Below are positions 54,935-64,000 of a stretch of DNA of 64,000 nt, piece by piece. Each line of letters opens with the position of its first letter. The first letter of the stretch is position 1. A program made the translations under genes and the position numbers. This DNA comes from Auanema rhodensis (lineage: Eukaryota > Animalia > Nematoda). Location of the stretch: positions 12,462,001 through 12,526,000 of the forward strand of contig OZ059897.1 of assembly GCA_964057225.1 (NCBI GenBank), given 5' to 3'. The notes beneath the pieces were generated by a model. It was not told the origin of the DNA. It worked only from the letters and a program-made list of their open reading frames with translations, and did no database searches.

Positions 54935-56895
54935 TTAAACTATTCTTCTACGAATCTTACTAGGGCAACTTGATGGCCATTCAATATGATTATGGAAAAC
55001 ATGTGGTGGCGGAGCATCACGTTCGAAGAATGGAACTACTGGGGACCACCATGACCTAAAAATTAAAATATTTCGAAGATCAAAAACTAGTTGACTACTC
55101 ACCACGATAAGATGTTTCTATCCAATCCACCATCATGATAAGAAACCATTAATGAATGATATTCCATGAAGATTCTAGATGAAACTGTGTACCTAAAAGG
55201 ATATATTAAAGTTTGTAACATATTAATATTCTTACCCTAAAACAACATCTATACTGTAATGCTTTCTGGCTAATAGAATAGCAATAACAGCCATGAAAGC
55301 TAATACATTAAATAAGTATCCTACCATCTATAATTTGATATTTGAATTAATTTTCTTCAATTAAAAAGTTTTACCTTAAGTTTCTTTGGTGCATAGTATT
55401 TAAAAGTGAAGAAAGCAGTGAAAATGGTTAAAGTATGACCAGAAACAATGAGATCACCACATAGTTCTCGTGGTCGAAGTTGCTAAAATGTATTTTATTT
55501 GTGAAAACTGATTCAATCATATTGTTTCAGCTTTACCTCAATTCCAGCACTCCAGAACATTCTAGCTACTCGGGCAGCTACAATTTGCATTGAACCATTC
55601 GTTTTTGGTGCACAATAGGTGTTTACAGAAGGAACTGGCACCTTCAATATAATTTATTTGATCACTAATTCATGATAATTTCAAATATTAAGTTTTTAAT
55701 TGCTTAGCATAAGCTGGTTAGAATTGTTTCAAGTTTCACATGAAGTATATATTAATAGATTTTGAGAAATGTATAAAATAAAACATATGAAAAAGTATTT
55801 ATAAAAGTTAAACATTTTTTTATAAATTATATTTTTTAAATTTAATCAATAAACTATTATATTATTATAATTTTAAAAATGTTTAAAAGATATCGTAAAC
55901 TTCTATACAATGTTTTTTTCAAAATATTTATTTTCTTTGGTTTGCAACTTAATAGTTTTTCAAGTAGTTCAAATAGGGCTTTCAAATACCTTTCTTTGAA
56001 CAATTTATTTCTAAACTTTCTGTTAATCAAACGAAATAATGTCTATTTGCTTTTTTAATAGATTGTTATAGAACTAGAACTATTTATCAAATATGGTTTA
56101 TAGAAATATGAATTTAGTTTACCTGGAAAATTGTAATACATAAAGCCCTAAAGCAATATGATAGACCAGCACAAAAAAATACCCTTCTAGCTACAACCCA
56201 TCTGGAATGATAAAAATATTTTAATACATTAAAATAAGTATATTGATTATAAAATTTGCAAAATTAACTAGAAAGTTTAAAAAAATTAAATTAACGCCAT
56301 AACTTAATTCGAAAATAAAGATGAAGCGGTTGAATTAGTTGAAATTTTATATTTTAAAATTATTATTTTTCAGATAATTTCAGAAAACGCACCTATGCTG
56401 ATGACATATTACAATTACCAGAGCATTCAAGGTTAATATCAACATGATATATTCAGTTACTCTAATTGCACCTCGTACCTTAATTTTCCAAATTAATAAG
56501 GAAAACTTAATGTACAGCGAACCTCAGGAAAAAAGGAGAACCACAAGTCTGGAAGAGGAGGAACATCACGTGGTACACGTTCATGAATCCAGGCAAGAGC
56601 AACTTCATTCAATGCCCATCCGATTCCCTAAAAAACAAAATAACCTAAAGAAGTCTCAAATGATAGTTATGATTAGTTTGAAGTTCATTATGACTTCATT
56701 ATCTCTTACTGATAACAATAACGTAAGTAGCAGTACAATGCGATACCGAACGGCAATCGAATTAAAAAGAATCAGACAAAGTTTAAAAATTTTAATGCTT
56801 ACCACGCAGATCAGAGCAAAAAACGTTGGCCACCGACGAACTTGATATCCTTTATGTGCCAACGGTAGAATATCTACCTTTTCCTTCTCAAGCAT
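54935..56895 (-). CDS. sms-5: Sphingomyelin synthase family protein
   Basis: VDILPLAHKGYQVRRWPT, NEVALAWIHERVP..PLPDL, CAPK, ELCGDLIVSGHT, ARKHYSIDVVLG (SMS D1-D4 motifs, catalytic H/H/D intact). Resembles the nematode sms-5 paralogue from memory. Confidence 0.88.
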
Positions 56896-59800
56896 CCTGA
56901 AAATTAAACAAATTTAATCGAAATTATTACTTATACCAAAGAACAAAGGGTAGAATAACAGAGGTAAATATTTAATCATTTCTTAAAACATTACATATAG
57001 TTAGTTATCAGTATCAATCTATTCTAACTATTTTTTGGTTATTTCGATATTCTAAAAAGTCGAAAAACTAAAAAAATATGTAACTGAAAAATATTGTCAG
57101 TCAATAAATAATGAAACAAAAAAAATAAGAAAGTAAATAAAATTATTTAATTGGATACTCTATACTATATAAACTAGTAAGCTATACTATTTTCTTTTCT
57201 TATAATATTAGTAACAAATATTTTAAAAAATATATATGAAATTGTTAATTACAAAGAATATTTGAATTATACAAATAGGTTTAATCTAGTGTTACCATGT
57301 TTAGTTTGTGACAATTCGAATAAATTTGTGGCAAAAGTTTCTACAATTAGTAAAGTTATCCGGGATAGAAATTGGTATTAAATACTAGTACACATGCTCG
57401 TTTATTTTTTTTATTTCGTCTTACTTTTCTAAGACAAAGCATTCATTTTGGACTTTGCTTTGTATTGCAGTTCAAGCTTTCGCTAGGCAACAAAGCGGAG
57501 GAGGAACTCGGGAATAGATGAATTCCAAATTTTCAATAGACTATAATATAAAGATGAAACTTAGTATGAATGCTGCAACCTTTTATACAGCAGTTCAACA
57601 GACGAAATTAAAATTGAAAAAATAAATCTTGAGTATATCATCTTCAAAAAGATGGATAGCTTTACAGAACAGATAGGAAAGATAGGCTTTAACAAATACG
57701 AACAGGAAGATGAAAGAATTGTCATGCCTTTGGCAATTTTTCTCTCGACACAGAGCAAAAACCGTTTTTTAACGTTTTCCTCAAGCACAAACCACACTTA
57801 TACCACAGTCTTCTTTACAAAGTCAATGGCGCATATTTGCATTCACATGCAACCGGTTCCGGCATACACGACGATGATGAGGCTTTAGATGTTGACAGCT
57901 CGCAGTCATAAAAAGACTGTGATTTAATGAAAATTTGTATTAATATTATGAAATTATTAACTTGTAAATACAGTTGTATAAGTAGAAGGAAATACAAAAG
58001 AAAACGTTGTTAAAGAGAAAATAGTTTTTGATGTGTTTGTTTTGAGGACTAGAACTTATTTTCATAAAAAAAACTATGGATGATCGTTCTTATATACTGC
58101 AGGTATATACATCACATAATCTAATCAGAATGAATATTATTGCTTTATCCCAATTCTTAGCAGAATTTGCTTCTAATTTCAAATCAAAAGTACTCTTGCC
58201 CCCGCTAAGCCAGTAGTATCTTTGAAAACCACATACTGATTACGCAATGCTATATCGGTAAGTTTATGAAGAACTTTAGGCTTGTATGTTATCGATTGAT
58301 TGAAGTTATCAATATGCTTCTCTTATCACCAAAGCTTCGTCCTTTTCGGTCTAAATATAGTGGACGAAAAATAATTCAGTATTAAAGTATTTGTCATAAA
58401 ACTTCAACAAAATTGCATAAAAATTCAATTTAAAAGAAAATTTAGAATTTTCTGCTAAAAATTAACAGCTCATGAAGCTTAAAGCTAAATTATTAATAAC
58501 TATTGTTTTGTTTTATTCATCTTTCACTGTATTTCAGTATAAAAAAGTAAATGATTGGTATGATGTAGAAATTTGAAAAAAAAGTAAACTGAGCAATGAA
58601 TCACATCTACTTCTTAAGAAGCTGAGTCTAATAAAGTTTGCCTTGTGATCGGCATCAGTAACTCGTCATCTTTGTTTGTACCAAACTAACACAATGAACT
58701 TTATAAATAATACTTATTGAATTTCGTTCTTCAATGGCCATTGTGATTTATACAGGATACTTCGTTATTCGGTATCGAATGAGCTTTTCTAGTTTCAAAT
58801 TGATAACTTTTTATCAGATAAGAAAGGGTAATTTCACGGAAATATGCAGAAAAATGTTCGCAACTTTGATAAAAATTATTGAAAAAGTACGAAATCGTGA
58901 ACTAGACTGAAGAATGAGTGAACGAGTGATAGATTACGAAATGACATTAAATTGCAGACACGAACGAACACATTTCTGCATGTTTCAGGTGAACAAAGAT
59001 AGAAAATGTCAGAAAACAAGGTTGTAAAGAAAAAAAAGAGAAACCAACAGTTGGGACTGTAATTAGTGTCTCATAGCTTATAAAACATATGATAAAGTAC
59101 TAGTAGCGATCAAAGTTGAAGAACAACTAGAAATAGATGAAACTCAAGAGCGGGAAACTATAAGTTCTCTCTCCGTTCTCGTTGCCGACTGACGATGGTA
59201 AAAGGATGTATAGAACTGCAGTTATGAAACTGAAAGACAGCTCGATGCCTTCTGACCCGACCTCAGACCGGTCCTGATCGTCTACGAATCCATCTCAGAT
59301 GGCAGAGTGTCTTGACAGAGCAACACGTACGTCAGGTAGCGTCGATAAGACAATCTTCATCCGAAGAAACGGAAATATTGACATTTCTCTTCAAATATTG
59401 CTTAAAAACGAAAGAAAAGAGAGGAACAGCGTTGAAGACATTGTACAGAAAGAGAGTGGGTAGAGGAAGTGAAGGTGTAGAGAAGGTAAAGGCAGATTTG
59501 ACGACGATGTGCCTACCCCGATGAGGGCAAATATCATCGTTCGTTGTCTTCTACATTGTCGTGAACTCGGAGTCGAATGAAGTGGATAGAGATAGACGAT
59601 TGGGTAAGAACATGCAGAGCAAAAAGGGAACAAGTAGGGTAAAGGGAAATGTGAACAGTGCAGACAAATCATAATTTTCTTCTATACCATTTCATACTGT
59701 TGACTTAGACTAATCTGCTGATTGTAGAATTTTTTGTTGAAGCTCAAATTCTGGAGTTCCTGATTAGACCAGTCTACTAAACACAAGAATTGATGAAAAA

Positions 59801-62800
59801 AAAATTGAAAGAACAGAAACGAAAATGATGGCATATATACAAATCAGCAGCAATTTTATTCTGCTTATATTATAATTAGGTAACGGTATCAATATTGAAT
59901 TTTACATAATGCTGACAAGAAAAACATTTCAATAGGTGCAGATTATAATATGTAAGAAACAATTATAGTAAAACGGAAAGAAAATTATTTCAAAAGTAAG
60001 ACAATGAATGATGTTGAGTAAATTTTGCTCAAAATTGATTTCATGTTTGCTTTAGAACCAATTGGTATAATGAATCATTTTAGTTGGTTAAATGAATCTA
60101 TGCTTTAGATTAGACGGTAATATTAAACTTATCAATATCAAATTGCGAAAATATAAAATTATTCTTTAATAAAAATTAGAAATATCAATATAATAAATTA
60201 TATGATAAAAGAAAACAAGGATACTTCTAAATACTTCTAAAAAGTATCACAAAATATCTAAAAATAGTGGATACATTATTTTCAAGAAAATTTGAAGAAT
60301 GGAAAAAATGAGAACTGACAAACTGCCATTTAGGCTGTTTTGAGCTAAACACTTTGTCAAAGGATATGTTGGAAAAAAGGAGAATATTGGAAAAACGTTG
60401 TCTCAAGGAATCAGTAGATTGAAGAAATTGTCAGAACAACACTTGGCAAAATGTCAATTACAGGGGTGACATATCAAATATAATTTCGTGGATTAGAAAA
60501 AGACATAGGGCTGGGAGGGAAGCAGAATGTTTTAAATTAAAAAAAATTTCTTTTTCAAAACTTAAATGAAAGAGATGGAGAGTAATGAAAATACAACCGT
60601 GACTGCTGAACTGAAATTATGAAAATGAATGCTTAACTCCACGTACTATCTCACGCTATTATCTTTACGTGACACGTCATCATAAATTGCTCAATAGTAG
60701 ATGATTGTCTAATGATGTATTTTAAAAATTATTATTCAAAAAGAAACAAATGAAGTATAGGTAATGAAAAGGAGGAAAGAGTTTTGATCATAACTGCAAG
60801 ATAAATCGCAAGAGGGAAGTACGAAAACAATGATAAAAGGAGTAGAAGAAAAGAAAAAATTATAGAAAATATGGCATAAAACGAAAAAAAAAGTATTATT
60901 TCAATAGAGAATTTTTCTAAATTGAAAGTTATATATAATGAAGCCAATTTTATAACTTAGATGCTACGTAAGATGCTCTTCTTTTATCCTGAAAGAGAGA
61001 ACTCTCATAAACTATCAGAAAACTGGAATATTCAATTACACGGATATATGAAAAGTATTGTTAAGAATTCATGTAGACAGCAGAGAATTTTTTCAAAAGA
61101 CTTTAATGGAGTTACTCTGCAAAAATGAATTATAATACTAATGTATAAACATATATATGTATATATATCTAAATATATATATTTATATTTATATATTTAT
61201 ACATAATTACTTTTTTTTTAATAGAAAAAATCTAGCTTATAAATATAGTTAACAGAAATGCTGTGAATGATCCGACTTTTATGGACATGGAGTGATTATG
61301 TTAAGATGACTGGTTAAAACTTAAAAAAATGTAGTTTGAACAGGTTTTTTTTTGAGATTTATATGCAAAACTCATATTTATAAAAGAAAACAAATAAATC
61401 AACTTTTATTCATTTCCTTTCTTGTGCATATGTATGTTTTACCTACATTTTTTGGATACTCATACATGTTATAGTTGAGCAGTTTTTACATCGATACCCT
61501 CATAAAACTTCAGGCTTTTCTCTGATCACCATGGTTTCATTATTTCTAAACCTTTGTATAACTTCCGAAATGTATTGTTATTTCTTTTTGCTCTTTCAGT
61601 TTTGAGAAAATAAAATGCATAATTTTGTAAATAAAGCTGATATTTGAATTCCTATGAGATGGTGAAAGCGTTTGAAGAATGTAGTAATAGAAAAAAACAC
61701 CACGAATAGGTTTAATTAAATGTTTAAAGAATTTGAGACGAAAAGTGAGAAATCTTTTTAAAGATTCTCCTCTCATTTTATATTTTTTTCAAGCAGCATG
61801 TTGATGAAGACCAGGGTTTAACCTGCATGAATATATAATAAATTAATATAAACACATAGGCATTTTGAAGATCAATATAATATATTTTTAAACATAAAAA
61901 TAAATTTACAAAATATTAAAACAAAATTCTCAATGTGTGAAACCCATGGTGTGTTTTGTGAACAAACTATAATTAACAACAGTTTTTTTCGGATTGAACT
62001 AGTATATTTTACAGATTGCAGAAGATTTAAATATATTAAACAGCCGAAAATTGTAATAGAATTTGATGTAAGCTACGAGTTCATTCAGGGACTACAGGAA
62101 AGAATTCCACGAAAATTAAAAATGGTTGGCCTGGTGATTTTTAAAAGCTGCCAAGGTATATCTATGGAACTAATCTCAATGCTCAAACTAGGAGAATTTC
62201 GAAACGGAAGATGAAGTATGAAAAGAATAATTACATTTGATTTAAAATAATGGAGCATGAATTGAGAGAGAGCTAAAATTGACATTTGGAGTGGAGCATC
62301 TAGAAACATAGATGAGAAGAACCGAGCAACACCACTCCATGACATCAGGTATATTTCGGAGACAAAACGGACAATCAGAATCGACAAAAGAGGAAAGTGA
62401 ATACAGAAAAAGATGTAGGAGATGACGAAGAAGATGAAGATGACAGACGACAAGAAGAAGGAATTTATAACACTTAAAACAAATACAAGACCACCGAAAG
62501 AGACAAGAAGAAAGGTTTGGAAAACGACATAGTTATTAGGTTTTAACACAAGTATTATTCTTTTTTTTTGTTTTGCAACTATCAGCAATTTTTTTACTTT
62601 TTAAAAATTCGAAAAAAAAATGTTCAGCCTGTACAAATGATAGCAGATTGAAAAAAACATACAAGGAAAGCTACAAATAAAAATGAGAAAACAAGAGTAA
62701 TATATGTATATCTATACATATCAGAAGAATGAACAAAACAAAATGTTTATATGAATAAGACTAAGCATAGCTATTAATGTATCAATATATTTGTATATTT

Positions 62801-64000
62801 GTATAATAACTATCAATCTAATCTTAATTTTAATATATTTTATGCGCGAAAAAGTAAATAATGTAATGATCATAACTTAATTTATGAAAAGTTGCTCAGA
62901 ATTAATAATCGCAAAAATGAAAGGTGAAGCTAGCTCAAATTTGATCGTTCAATTCAGTTGTCCACAAATTTGTTGAAGCACCTATATATGCTTTCGATTG
63001 AATGTAAGGCTTCATCAGAAGTTAGTATAAAGTTTTAAATAATTAATATAATCTTTAAAATACTCTGTACGGCAAATAGAAGTTTACGTTATGCTGGCAG
63101 GATGAAAGATAAAACATTTGCCATTTATGTATTTACGTAATCAACAAGAGAAATATTATTAAAAGAAAAGTATTTGATTGACAATATATCGAGAAGAGAA
63201 TTTGTTAATTTCTATCGAATCTAATTCGACGATCAAAATTTTTCTTTCAATAAGTCTAAATATATTTTTCACGTAAATGTAAAGTATAATCAGCGGAAGA
63301 TGATACAAAAAATAATAATCCATAAAAAGGTGGATACAAAGCTCAACATGCTCAACCTATTCTTGTTTTCTATTTATAAGTCAGAGAAATATGAATGAAT
63401 ACGTAATATAAGATTAAGATGTATATATTACATTTTGATTTAAACTTTCAGAAAATAAATATAAAATAAAAAGACAATTATTAGAGAATATCATATAATG
63501 ACTATATTGAAAATGAGAAAATCAAATAGTTGTGTAAAAATGTAATGAACTGAAAGCATTTTAACCTTGTTTTCCATAACAACTCAGATGTTGTAGGAAG
63601 AACAGAGAGTTTTTTATGAAACAAGTTTTCAATTTTATTTCTTTCAAACATAAAATCTCAACAATTTCCTTTTTTTTATAATTTGTAATGTAATTACTAT
63701 ATATATAAAAAGATAAATAAACAATATAATGACACACAATATGTACAATATATAATAATATAAACAATCAACTAAAATATATAATCAATTAACCGTTTTT
63801 TTCTGAAAATAATTAACCTACATAGCAGATATGCGTCGATACATACATATTAGGACTTTTGAAATACGAGTGTTGTAGATGTTTGCTCAATATGAATGAA
63901 ACATACGCTTTCTCTTTCTCTGTTCGCCAATGATTCTTTCCCTCTTTCTATCTCATTTTCCCTTTCTCATACTCTCTTCGTAGTTCGTTATCATTCTTTC

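Overview
AT-rich nematode (rhabditid-like) genomic DNA: very short introns (mostly 40-50 nt), TTTCAG acceptors, trans-splice-like sites just upstream of ATGs and probable operons. Thirteen spliced genes were assembled by eye, left to right: a secreted EGF/3xLamG protein (+), an orphan single-pass membrane protein (+), a GT10 alpha-1,3-fucosyltransferase (-), ift-43 (-), mdt-26/MED26 (+), an uncharacterised gene (+), rpn-12 (-), a secreted Pro/Gln-rich protein (+), a catalytically degenerate carboxylesterase-like protein (-), an SLC28 nucleoside transporter (+), gpb-1 (+), dnj-5/DNAJC14 (+) and sms-5 (-). No tRNA, rRNA, CRISPR array or intact transposon was found. The most notable unexplained structure is as follows. 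(1) A 141-bp tandem duplication doubles the ift-43 X-box, start codon and acceptor, upstream of a probable ift-43/fucosyltransferase operon. (2) GC-rich, base-paired intronic elements in mdt-26 and gpb-1 each bury a candidate 3' splice site. (3) An internal signal-peptide-encoding alternative first exon lies in the LamG gene. (4) The esterase-like protein and the J-domain have both lost their catalytic motifs. (5) Several structured or spliced non-coding segments occur outside coding exons. Exon boundaries, orthology calls and RNA folds were done by eye and from memory, with no searches or folding programs run.
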